Shown piece by piece: positions 8,627 through 16,810 of a DNA stretch of 64,000 nt. Source of the DNA: an archaeon (GTDB lineage Archaea > Methanobacteriota_B > Thermococci > Methanofastidiosales > NM3); NCBI GenBank assembly GCA_004212155.1, contig RXIG01000001.1:143679-207678 (forward strand), read 5' to 3'. The position numbers and the translations under genes were made by a program. Within the stretch, counting starts at the first letter, position 1. Every line of letters starts with the position of its first letter. The notes under the pieces were generated by a model, which was not told where the DNA came from, did not search any database, and worked only from the letters and a program-made list of their open reading frames with translations.

Positions 8627-10649
8627 GGACACCAGCACGCGGTTCGAAGATGTCCCCGCCCCGCTTTAGTTCCTCGATGGCACGGACGATGAACTCCTTT
8701 CCGATGCCTGCCTCCTTTGCCGCCTTGACCACTTCCTCATACGGTGCTCCCTCGTCATAGTCCTGTTCGATCTTTTCGATAAGCTCATAGACCTGTATAA
8801 TCTTTTGGCGCTGCGAGGTGGCCTTTCCAGTCATAAGGATATCAACGTCCATAGAGCCCGTTTCCTTGTCCATCATGATCTTTTCTATGACGCTTCGGTA
8901 TAAGCTGATCGTGGCGTCAGCATCTTCGGGCGTGACAACATTGGAGAGCCGCATGCGCGCTCTGGCCTCCGAAAGGCGGATCAATGCCTCGAGCTGTCGC
9001 GCCGTGATGGGGACCGCGCCACCCTCTGCCCCCTGTTTGCGTATCGAGACGTAGAACTTGTGCAGTTTTTCCACTGTCTCCTTCATGAGCTCGGGATACA
9101 CATTCCTCTTGGCATACGATATGTACTTGACAAGGAACTCCGGCTCGAGGATGGGAGATATGTTTTCCTCGACACCGCTGTGGCTGTCGAGGATGTGTCG
9201 CGCGATGCGCGAGTCCTCCGCATCGTTTGGCACGTCCTTGAGCACGAAGATGAGGTCGAATCGCGAGAGCAGAGAATGGGGAAGGTCGATCTGTTCGAGT
9301 TCGTTCTTATAGTTGTCGAATCTTCCAAGCTTCGGATTCGCAGCGGCAAGGATCGACGCCCTTGCATTAAGCGTCGCCACGATGCCCGCCTTGGCGATGC
9401 TGATCGTTTGCTGCTCCATCGCCTCGTGCACCGACGAACGGTCATCGGTGGTCATCTTGTCGATCTCATCGATACAGGCTATGCCCCCGTCGGCGAGCAC
9501 GAGGGCACCTGCCTCTAGCGCCCAGCCGCCCGTTGTTTCATCCTTGACGACAGCCGCGGTAAGGCCGGCGCTTGACGTGCCCTTTCCTGAGGTGTAGACG
9601 CTACGCGGGGCGAGACGGGCGACATATTGGAGGATCTGTGACTTGGCAACACCAGGATCACCGACGAGCAGCATATTGGAATCACCTCGCAATCTCGTGC
9701 CGTCGGGGAGCTCGCGCATCACACCTGCAAAGAGTTGGAGTGCTATTGCCTCCTTGACGTCGCTGAGGCCGTAGATAGAGGGGGATATGGACCCAACGAC
9801 CTTCTGAACGATGTTCTCGTCCTGGGACAGCTCCCATATCCGCGCCTCGTCCTCATCGGTGATGAGCGTGTCGTCGACGTCCTTTTCGAGCACCTCGATG
9901 CAGTTCACCTCGATGTATTTGGAAAACGTTGTCTTCTTGACCTTGAACTGACTGTCCTGAACGGTCTTGAGGATGCCCGTGACGGTCACGCGTGAGCCTG
10001 CCTGGGCCATATCTACGATATCGTCGCGCAGCAGGCAGTTGATGTGCTGGGGCATGCGCCCTCCCTTGAGGGTCTCGGGACGCTCCTGCACCTTGATCAG
10101 CTGCCAGTCGATGAATCGCGACTGATCTTCCAAAAGCTTGAAGGGACCTGACTTGCCGCATGCCGGATTGGGACATGCAGGGGGTTTCTTGAAGTTCGTC
10201 GAGTCCTGGCGTATGAAGATGATCTCACCGCACCGTTCACATTCAAAGACCGCCTCTATGATCTCGGGCTTCACCTCGGAGGCCCGTCCTACGATGGCGA
10301 TGATCTGTATGAGCTTGTGCATATCCTCCGTTCGTATCTGCCTGATCCCCTTATCGCGCGTGGCATCAAGATTGTGAAACCGTACATGAAGCGACTGGTC
10401 GGGAAACTCTGGCAAGGCCTCCTGGAGAACCTGTTCCGCGATGGGGATGACCTCAAGCGGCTTGTCGACCAGTTCGGTATAGATGTCCTGGTCATACGTT
10501 ATGAGGTCGTCACAGTCGACGACGAGGCTATGCGTGTCGTTCGCCCTCATATCCTCTATCTTCTTCTTGTACTTGGGAAACGATACGTCGGGATAAGTTT
10601 CGAAAAAATCCCTGAATCCGCTGATGATGGAATCGAAATCTACTGCCAT
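8601..10649 (-). CDS. mcm: Replicative helicase MCM, no intein
   Basis: Zn finger CERC...CPNPAC, GDPGVAKS, IDEIDKM, SRFD, TARQLE; 682 aa. Confidence 0.97.
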   Translation of the reverse strand: MAVDFDSIISGFRDFFETYPDVSFPKYKKKIEDMRANDTHSLVVDCDDLITYDQDIYTELVDKPLEVIPIAEQVLQEALPEFPDQSLHVRFHNLDATRDKGIRQIRTEDMHKLIQIIAIVGRASEVKPEIIEAVFECERCGEIIFIRQDSTNFKKPPACPNPACGKSGPFKLLEDQSRFIDWQLIKVQERPETLKGGRMPQHINCLLRDDIVDMAQAGSRVTVTGILKTVQDSQFKVKKTTFSKYIEVNCIEVLEKDVDDTLITDEDEARIWELSQDENIVQKVVGSISPSIYGLSDVKEAIALQLFAGVMRELPDGTRLRGDSNMLLVGDPGVAKSQILQYVARLAPRSVYTSGKGTSSAGLTAAVVKDETTGGWALEAGALVLADGGIACIDEIDKMTTDDRSSVHEAMEQQTISIAKAGIVATLNARASILAAANPKLGRFDNYKNELEQIDLPHSLLSRFDLIFVLKDVPNDAEDSRIARHILDSHSGVEENISPILEPEFLVKYISYAKRNVYPELMKETVEKLHKFYVSIRKQGAEGGAVPITARQLEALIRLSEARARMRLSNVVTPEDADATISLYRSVIEKIMMDKETGSMDVDILMTGKATSQRQKIIQVYELIEKIEQDYDEGAPYEEVVKAAKEAGIGKEFIVRAIEELKRGGDIFEPRAGVLKTVKANF

Positions 10650-11092
10650 GCGTCTCCCTCGAACAATGAGCGCCCTATGTCTTCAACGAGCGATGAGAGC
10701 TTGACATAGAACTCAGCTTCCTTCGGTTGCATATACGCCTTGATGCTTTTAGGTTGATTGAGGTGTTTATGTATCTTTTCCAAGCGCACGTAAAGTAATT
10801 CCATGGTGGCCTGGCGCAGGCGTCCCTGCTCCTTTTCCTCCTTTTCTGTGGCGATCGAATGGGCAACGAGTTCATAGATGTTTGTTGGCAGTTCCTGCAG
10901 ACCGGGTTGAGAACGTTCAGTCATCACATATTTTCGCATCGCGGCGCTTGAAACACGGGGGATCTCGACCACTTCGTTGCGCTCGAGCACGTAGGCGATG
11001 TGCGGTGGCAATTCCTTCGTTTCGCCCTTCTTTATCACGACAGTGAGCAAGTCGGATTCGTACTGATATGTCTGCAGCCCCTTCACTTTCAT
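10640..11092 (-). CDS. GINS subunit, Gins23 type
   Basis: Beta domain (ELPPHIAYVL) then helical domain (LQELPTNIY...VRLEKI); overlaps the mcm start. Confidence 0.75.
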   Translation of the reverse strand: MKVKGLQTYQYESDLLTVVIKKGETKELPPHIAYVLERNEVVEIPRVSSAAMRKYVMTERSQPGLQELPTNIYELVAHSIATEKEEKEQGRLRQATMELLYVRLEKIHKHLNQPKSIKAYMQPKEAEFYVKLSSLVEDIGRSLFEGDAWQ

Positions 11093-11183
11093 GTGCGGTA
11101 CCCCGGGTTCATGCGTATGCTTGATGCATTAAAAAAATCTTCTCACATACCGACTGGTCCAGGTGTTCATAAAGATTGCTTCG

Positions 11184-11205
11184 ACCCCTTCATGTCCACT
11201 GGAAC
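11184..11205 (-). promoter_or_regulatory. ORB-like Orc1/Cdc6 binding box GTTCCAGTGGACATGAAGGGGT
   Basis: 19 of 22 positions identical to the ORB at 37335; G-string retained; intergenic, upstream of gins-mcm. Confidence 0.65.
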
Positions 11206-11266
11206 TTTCTACTCATTTTTGTTAAATTACCCAAAAGCTTTTAACATCCGTGGGCATGGAGATACC

Positions 11267-12034
11267 ATGAAGCGCAACTCTCAAGAGATTGCCGTGATCG
11301 GACTCTTTATAGCACTTATCGCCGTTTTGCAGGTGTCCCCCCTCTACGTGCCTACGGCATGGGGAATGCGCATCGATATCGTCGCCGTGCCGGTGCTTGT
11401 GGCATTCTTCCTGTATGGCCTGCGCACAGCTCTTGCGGTCTCTGCCGGCATGTTCGTAGTGCTCTCCATCGTTGCTGCCGAATCGGTTATCGGCGCTTCG
11501 ATGAAGTGGATAGCGACAGTACCCATGGTAATCACTCCTGCAATCCTCAGATTGCAGGTAAGCAAGGAAAGCCTTCGAAACGACATAGGCACCATCGTAG
11601 GGGCCGTGATTAGCATCGTTGCACTCATTGCACTCGTTGGCATCATGTACGAGATGGCGGGCTCCGAATCCCGGGAGCTGTATTCACCCTTCATCGTGCT
11701 CATCGCTTCCGCCGCGTTCTATGGTGCTTTCTACATCGTCAGTCAGCGTCATGAACCACAAAGCCTCGGCATTTACAAGGAACCAAAGATGATTGCCACT
11801 GTGCTCATCCTCGCTGTCCTCGTACGGGGGATAACGACCACCGTTATCAACTATTACTTCACGCTACCCGTATTCTTCGACATACCCACGGCGGCGGCGC
11901 TCGAATGGGTACCGTGGTATGTGATGTTTGGCCTCAATGCCATACAGGGTGCGCTTGAGGTCACCGTTGCATGGCTGCTCGTGTTCAAGACGAAGGCATT
12001 TTCGTACGTGCAAAAAGCTTATATACAATCGTAA
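11267..12034 (+). CDS. ECF transporter S component (RibU-like) with an internal two-TM insertion
   Basis: IAVIGLFIAL, RIDIVAVPVLVAFFLYG, NYYFTLP and LNAIQG patterns. Confidence 0.75.
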   Translation: MKRNSQEIAVIGLFIALIAVLQVSPLYVPTAWGMRIDIVAVPVLVAFFLYGLRTALAVSAGMFVVLSIVAAESVIGASMKWIATVPMVITPAILRLQVSKESLRNDIGTIVGAVISIVALIALVGIMYEMAGSESRELYSPFIVLIASAAFYGAFYIVSQRHEPQSLGIYKEPKMIATVLILAVLVRGITTTVINYYFTLPVFFDIPTAAALEWVPWYVMFGLNAIQGALEVTVAWLLVFKTKAFSYVQKAYIQS

Positions 12035-12046
12035 GCAGTGGGGCGT

Positions 12047-12628
12047 ATGGTACAGGCCGCGGTGCTCCTAAAGCTCGTGGACGCGAAATCACGCCTCGCT
12101 CCTTTTCTTTCCCTTGCTCAGCGCCAGACCATGGTATTGTACATGCTCTCGCATGTGCTCAACGTTCTTGAGGACGTGCCCACAATGATCCTTACACGAT
12201 CGTTTTGCGCATTGGGTACGCGTAGCGACGAGGAAAACATCAACGAATGTATCGACATGGTGCGACGGTCGATCGATGACGACCTGGTCGTTGTCACGAG
12301 CGATCTGCCTTTTTTTAACAAAGAAGCGCTTCAGGCGCTTACAAGCGAACCTGAAACGCTGGCGATAGGACCCTCCCACAACGGTGGCACGAGTGGTCTT
12401 TTCATCCCTCGTTCGATCGATTTCTCGCCGCGTTTTGGAAGGGGGAGCCTCGAGCGGCATCGACAGCAGTCTGTGGAGAAAGGGCATACCATGCGTTTGG
12501 TCGATATGCCCGCATTCAGGGATGTCGATACATGGGAGGATGTGGAATGGATATTTGAAAACGCACCTTCATCGGCCATAGGACGATTTTTGTCCGGATT
12601 GGCCAAGCGCCCTATAACTGCCTTTTGA
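12047..12628 (+). CDS. cofC: CofC-like guanylyltransferase (coenzyme F420 biosynthesis)
   Basis: AKSRLAPFLS, SDLP, NGGTSGL, FGRGSLERH and DVDTWED motifs. Confidence 0.82.
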   Translation: MVQAAVLLKLVDAKSRLAPFLSLAQRQTMVLYMLSHVLNVLEDVPTMILTRSFCALGTRSDEENINECIDMVRRSIDDDLVVVTSDLPFFNKEALQALTSEPETLAIGPSHNGGTSGLFIPRSIDFSPRFGRGSLERHRQQSVEKGHTMRLVDMPAFRDVDTWEDVEWIFENAPSSAIGRFLSGLAKRPITAF

Positions 12629-13256
12629 CAGACATTATCTCGAGGATGCTTGCGCTGTCCTCCATTCGGTCAGAGATGCTGGCGACATTGAGCACGAAGT
12701 CGCGCAGCCATAGTTTTTCTGCAAGGTGCAGGTCACTGTTTTCAAAGATCGTCTTCCTGAGCTTGTACTCGATCTTGTCAACGACATGCTCCTTTCGCTC
12801 CACTTCCTGCGTTTCCTTGATCGTCATCTCCCTGTCGGTTCGGAAATAGACGATCGCCTTCTTGAGATTCTCGAAGGGGGATATGGTGTTCTCGACAAGC
12901 TCGGTGAATCCTGATGACATCGACGAAGGTATGTGGGGATGCTCGAGCACGAGCGTGTTGATGTTGAACTTGGCCTTGTCGGCTATGTCGTCATACGTAT
13001 AGCTGAACGTATAGATGTCATCCCTGTAGAGGGGCATGAAAGCACCCTCGTAGAGCTTCATCTGCACGGCCCGCTTCTTCTCGTCGGCGATGTGCTCATC
13101 ATGCATGATCTCATCGCGTATGGACTCGCACTGGCATATGTCGTCGCTTAGGTACGAATCCATGCCCCTCTTGAAACCTCGGAGACACTTTTCGATGTGG
13201 ACCGTATGTTCATCGATGATCGAGGAGACTTCCTTCTCCTTCTTTCCAAAAATCAT
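12612..13256 (-). CDS. DUF47/TIGR00153 PhoU-like phosphate transport regulator
   Basis: EHIAD, GAFMPLYRDD, DDIAD and ISDRMED motifs. Confidence 0.85.
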   Translation of the reverse strand: MIFGKKEKEVSSIIDEHTVHIEKCLRGFKRGMDSYLSDDICQCESIRDEIMHDEHIADEKKRAVQMKLYEGAFMPLYRDDIYTFSYTYDDIADKAKFNINTLVLEHPHIPSSMSSGFTELVENTISPFENLKKAIVYFRTDREMTIKETQEVERKEHVVDKIEYKLRKTIFENSDLHLAEKLWLRDFVLNVASISDRMEDSASILEIMSVKRQL

Positions 13257-13388
13257 TGAATATAGATTCTTGTGAAAAAATATATACTTTTCCATGACGG
13301 GCCGTGTGCGAACACACATGTCGTGCACTAATTGATGGCACGTTCATATACGGTAAGCTTTTTATCTGTCCGATAAAATGAGTATGCA

Positions 13389-13682
13389 ATGGACAAGGAA
13401 CGGGAAGTAGCAAGCATCTTCAAAGCCCTTTCAGACGAGAATCGGGTGAAGATTGTGGAATTCCTGCGAGAAGGGGAGCGGTGTGTTTGCGAGATCGTGC
13501 CCTTCATCGGCACTTCCCAATCCAATGTTTCTCAACATCTTCGCGTGCTGCGTGAGGCGGGCGTCATCGATTACCGCCGCGACGGAAAGAAGATCATGTA
13601 CTTCGTTGTTTTCAAAGATGTCTTTGATATCCTCGACACTGTCTATGCAACGACCACGCAGATGATGAACGCTTCCGAATGA
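13389..13682 (+). CDS. ArsR/SmtB family transcriptional repressor
   Basis: FKALSDENR, ERCVCEI and SQSNVSQHLRVL motifs. Confidence 0.92.
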   Translation: MDKEREVASIFKALSDENRVKIVEFLREGERCVCEIVPFIGTSQSNVSQHLRVLREAGVIDYRRDGKKIMYFVVFKDVFDILDTVYATTTQMMNASE

Positions 13683-13739
13683 GCTAACTCTCTTGTGCAT
13701 ACCCTCCATACCAAAAGTTTTTTAAGCTAAATATAATCA

Positions 13740-13757
13740 TATTAGTAATTACTTATA
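13740..13757. promoter_or_regulatory. Palindrome TATTAGTAATTACTTATA downstream of BRE/TATA (CCAAAAGTTTTTTAA); putative ArsR operator
   Basis: Arms differ from the 4421 palindrome at one position; sits between arsR and the permease start. Confidence 0.6.
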
Positions 13758-13772
13758 TTTAGAGGGTTCAAC

Positions 13773-14816
13773 ATGGGGTACATAGAGCGTGCATTGGAAT
13801 CTGGCATATCCGAACTCATCGAATATCTCTCGGCACATACGCTGACATGCCTCGTGCCAGCGTTTTTCATCGCAGGCGCCATAGCGGTGTTCATATCAAA
13901 ACAGGCCGTCGTCAAGTACTTTGGGTGCAATACGAAACGCTACATCTCCTATGGTGTGGCATCGATCTCCGGCGTAATCCTGGCTGCCTGTTCCTGCACC
14001 GTGATTCCTCTCTTTGCGGGTATATGGAGGCGCGGTGCTGGCATTGGCCCGGCCAGTACGTTCCTCTATGCGGGTCCGGCCATAAACATACTTGCCATTT
14101 CCCTCACGGCCAAGGTGCTTGGATTCGAGATAGGCCTTGCACGCGCCGTGGCAGCGATCATCATGGGCATCATGATAGGCCTCATCATGGAGTTTATCTT
14201 CGAGAGGCATAAGGGGGAACCCGAACAAACCCCCTCGGTAGCATGCGACATAGCCGAGGGCATCACTGGTAAGCGTTCAGTATACCTCTTCATAGTTCTC
14301 GTGCTCATACTCCTTGTCGGCACTGCTGCTATTGGGACCTATGTCAAGGTGGCCGCAGTTCTGGCATTGGTGGCCGTCGTAGGCTGGATGACATATGCAT
14401 GGCTGTCTCGTGAGGAGGCACGATCGTGGGGCGAGGAGACATTCTCGCTTTTCAGGATGATATTCCCATTGCTTTTGATCGGCGTGTTCGCCGCCGGTCT
14501 GATAAAAGAGTTCCTCCCCCCTGCGTACGTAGCACAATATGTGGGATCGAACTCGATAGTGGCCAATCTCATCGCGTCCGTGGCCGGCGCGTTCATGTAC
14601 TTTGCGACCCTTACCGAGGTGCCCATCATCGAGTCGCTGACAAGCCTTGGCATGCACAAGGGCCCTGAACTTGCCCTGTTGCTTGCAGGTCCGGCGTTGT
14701 CGTTGCCGAACATGCTCGCCATCCGTCAGGTCATGGGCACGAAAAAGACAGTCACGTATATCGTCCTCGTCATCGTGTTCGCCACCATGTCGGGCATCAT
14801 CTACGGGATGCTGTAG
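13773..14816 (+). CDS. DUF318/ArsP family permease
   Basis: AACSCTVIPLF, GPAIN, YFATLTEVP and AGPALSLP motifs. Confidence 0.88.
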   Translation: MGYIERALESGISELIEYLSAHTLTCLVPAFFIAGAIAVFISKQAVVKYFGCNTKRYISYGVASISGVILAACSCTVIPLFAGIWRRGAGIGPASTFLYAGPAINILAISLTAKVLGFEIGLARAVAAIIMGIMIGLIMEFIFERHKGEPEQTPSVACDIAEGITGKRSVYLFIVLVLILLVGTAAIGTYVKVAAVLALVAVVGWMTYAWLSREEARSWGEETFSLFRMIFPLLLIGVFAAGLIKEFLPPAYVAQYVGSNSIVANLIASVAGAFMYFATLTEVPIIESLTSLGMHKGPELALLLAGPALSLPNMLAIRQVMGTKKTVTYIVLVIVFATMSGIIYGML

Positions 14817-14880
14817 AGAAACATATAAGTACATTATCTTATACGTATATATTAATACTTGAAAACTGGAGGAAGATCAG

Positions 14881-15141
14881 ATGGTCAAGATGGAGTTTTT
14901 CACTGCAGAACCACCTTGCGCGGGGTGCGTGGCCCTGCTCGAGCTCGCGGACAGGGTGGCAGAAGAGTACCCCGAAGTGGAGGTCGTCAAGAATGTGGGT
15001 ATGTGCGACGAGTTCAGAAAATATGAGATCACCTACGTACCGGCATTGATCATAGAGGGCGGAAAGATCGCCTTCATGGGACTTTGCCCTAGCTACGACA
15101 CGCTCGTCGCTGCACTGGCGGAGATGGGGGTGAAGCGATGA
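14881..15141 (+). CDS. Small thioredoxin-like protein (CAGC)
   Basis: PPCAGC and YVPALII. Confidence 0.8.
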   Translation: MVKMEFFTAEPPCAGCVALLELADRVAEEYPEVEVVKNVGMCDEFRKYEITYVPALIIEGGKIAFMGLCPSYDTLVAALAEMGVKR

Positions 15142-15392
15142 TCAAGGTGGAGGTGTTCGCGTCGGAACCACCCTGTTCGGGAGGGAGATTGCTTCTCAAA
15201 CTCATAGACAGGGTTCGGTCGGACTTTGAGGACAAGGCCGAGTTCATCGTCCACAAGGGCGTCAACGATGCGACCGAAGCATACGGTCTTGCGACGACGC
15301 CGGCCATCATCATCGATGGCGACATTCGGATCATTGGTGTTTGCCCAAGCGAGGAAACGTTACGAAATGCCTTTTTCGAGGCAGGATTGTGA
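15138..15392 (+). CDS. Small thioredoxin-like protein lacking the resolving Cys (CSGG)
   Basis: PPCSGG and TTPAIIIDG; ATGA overlap. Confidence 0.78.
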   Translation: MIKVEVFASEPPCSGGRLLLKLIDRVRSDFEDKAEFIVHKGVNDATEAYGLATTPAIIIDGDIRIIGVCPSEETLRNAFFEAGL

Positions 15393-15396
15393 TAAC

Positions 15397-15645
15397 ATGG
15401 TAGAGGAAATTATGGTATTTGGACCAGAACCAGCATGTGTGAAATGCAAGAAAACGACCGAGGTCGCACAACAGGTGGCAGGTATGCTCGGCATCAACAT
15501 GGCCAAGTATGACGTGCTATCAGAGGAAGCGGACAAGTATGGCATCATGCTCTCACCGGCCGTTGTATTCAAGGGGGAGGTGTTGGTATCCGGAAAGGTG
15601 CCCACCTTCGACTCCCTGAAGGAAATGGTCGAAAAGCGGATGTGA
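15397..15645 (+). CDS. Small redox-active disulfide protein, MTH895/ArsE-like (CVKC)
   Basis: PACVKC, YGIMLSPAVV and SGKVP motifs. Confidence 0.82.
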   Translation: MVEEIMVFGPEPACVKCKKTTEVAQQVAGMLGINMAKYDVLSEEADKYGIMLSPAVVFKGEVLVSGKVPTFDSLKEMVEKRM

Positions 15646-16118
15646 ATGCCATCATGGCCATCAAAGGTGGAGGGAAGACCGTTTACATCTATGCGATGTG
15701 TATGTTAATCTTCCTTCCATTCATGGCACAATGCATCACCGGCGATGGGGATGGCAGCGTTCCCGTCACGGCTGACCCATCGTTGAACGAGGTGCATGTG
15801 ACATACTTCCATGAAACAAAGCGCTGTGAAGCCTGCATCCACATGGAAACATGGAGCTACCTCGTGCTCCAGACATACTTCGAGGGCGATGACATTCGCT
15901 TCTTTTCCTACAACATCGAGGAACCTTCCTCATCCGATGCTGTCGAGTTGTATGATGCGTATTACACAAGCCTTTATGTAGACAGCATCTATGATGGCGC
16001 CCATCATATTGAGGAGTTCTCCGACTGTTGGCTGCTCTCGGGTGACAAGGAGGCGTTCATGTCGTCGTTTAAAGATTTTGTGCAACGGCATATTGACAAT
16101 ATGGAGAGATCATCATGA
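15642..16118 (+). CDS. ArsF-family extracytoplasmic thioredoxin-fold protein, probable lipoprotein
   Basis: Hydrophobic leader ending AQC; YFHETKRCEAC motif; start uncertain. Confidence 0.72.
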   Translation: MNAIMAIKGGGKTVYIYAMCMLIFLPFMAQCITGDGDGSVPVTADPSLNEVHVTYFHETKRCEACIHMETWSYLVLQTYFEGDDIRFFSYNIEEPSSSDAVELYDAYYTSLYVDSIYDGAHHIEEFSDCWLLSGDKEAFMSSFKDFVQRHIDNMERSS

Positions 16119-16810
16119 CACAACGAGGAGGCATACCGAGGGAAAACGGCAATCGAATGGTAAATACGCATAAAAGCACCGATATGAAACGTACCGGCCA
16201 ACACAAAAGAGGGGAGCATGGGAACAATTCGCGTGGCGGGGCCATGCTGCTTGTTGCGATCATCGCGCTGCTGATTATCGGCGCTGGATTCATCTTTGCT
16301 TTCGATACGTTTTCAGGCGATGACCTACAGTCCACGACCACTCCCGCGCCAACGACATCGCCACCAACAACGGAGCCACCCACGACCACTCCCGCGCCAA
16401 CGACATCGCCACCAACAACGGAGCCACCCACGACCACTCCCGCGCCAACGACGGCCCCTCCAACTACAGAACCACCACAACAAAAGGTAGTCCATGTATA
16501 CCATTTCCATGGCACGACCCAATGCCGGTCATGCATCTATGCTGAACAATATGCGCGCTACACGATCGAAACGTACTTTCCTGATAAGCTCGATGATGGC
16601 ACCATCACCTATCAGAGCCTCAACTATATGGATAGTTCCAACTCTGAAATCGTCAACGAGCTTAACGTCTACGGGTCGTCCGTCTACGTGGTGGTGGAAG
16701 AGGGCGGCGAGCGGGAGACGTACAATCCCACCTATAATCTGTGGAGCCTGACAGGCAACAAGCAACGATTTGCAGAATACTTCTCAACATATCTGGAGAA
16801 CCTCCTATGA
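16115..16810 (+). CDS. ArsF-family protein with TM anchor and Pro/Thr repeat stalk
   Basis: TM helix, three TTTPAPTT(S/A)PPTTEPP units, YHFHGTTQCRSC; start uncertain. Confidence 0.72.
   Translation: MTQRGGIPRENGNRMVNTHKSTDMKRTGQHKRGEHGNNSRGGAMLLVAIIALLIIGAGFIFAFDTFSGDDLQSTTTPAPTTSPPTTEPPTTTPAPTTSPPTTEPPTTTPAPTTAPPTTEPPQQKVVHVYHFHGTTQCRSCIYAEQYARYTIETYFPDKLDDGTITYQSLNYMDSSNSEIVNELNVYGSSVYVVVEEGGERETYNPTYNLWSLTGNKQRFAEYFSTYLENLL
16333..16476 (+). repeat. 48-bp coding tandem repeat, 3 units (two identical, third diverged)
   Basis: CACGACCACTCCCGCGCCAACGAC... begins at 16333, 16381 and 16429. Confidence 0.92.

Noticed and set aside
8601-10649. Intein in MCM
   Set aside because: Normal length with contiguous Walker motifs
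16333-16476. Repeat array as a possible CRISPR
   Set aside because: Units are contiguous, in-frame and have no unique spacers; no cas genes in the window
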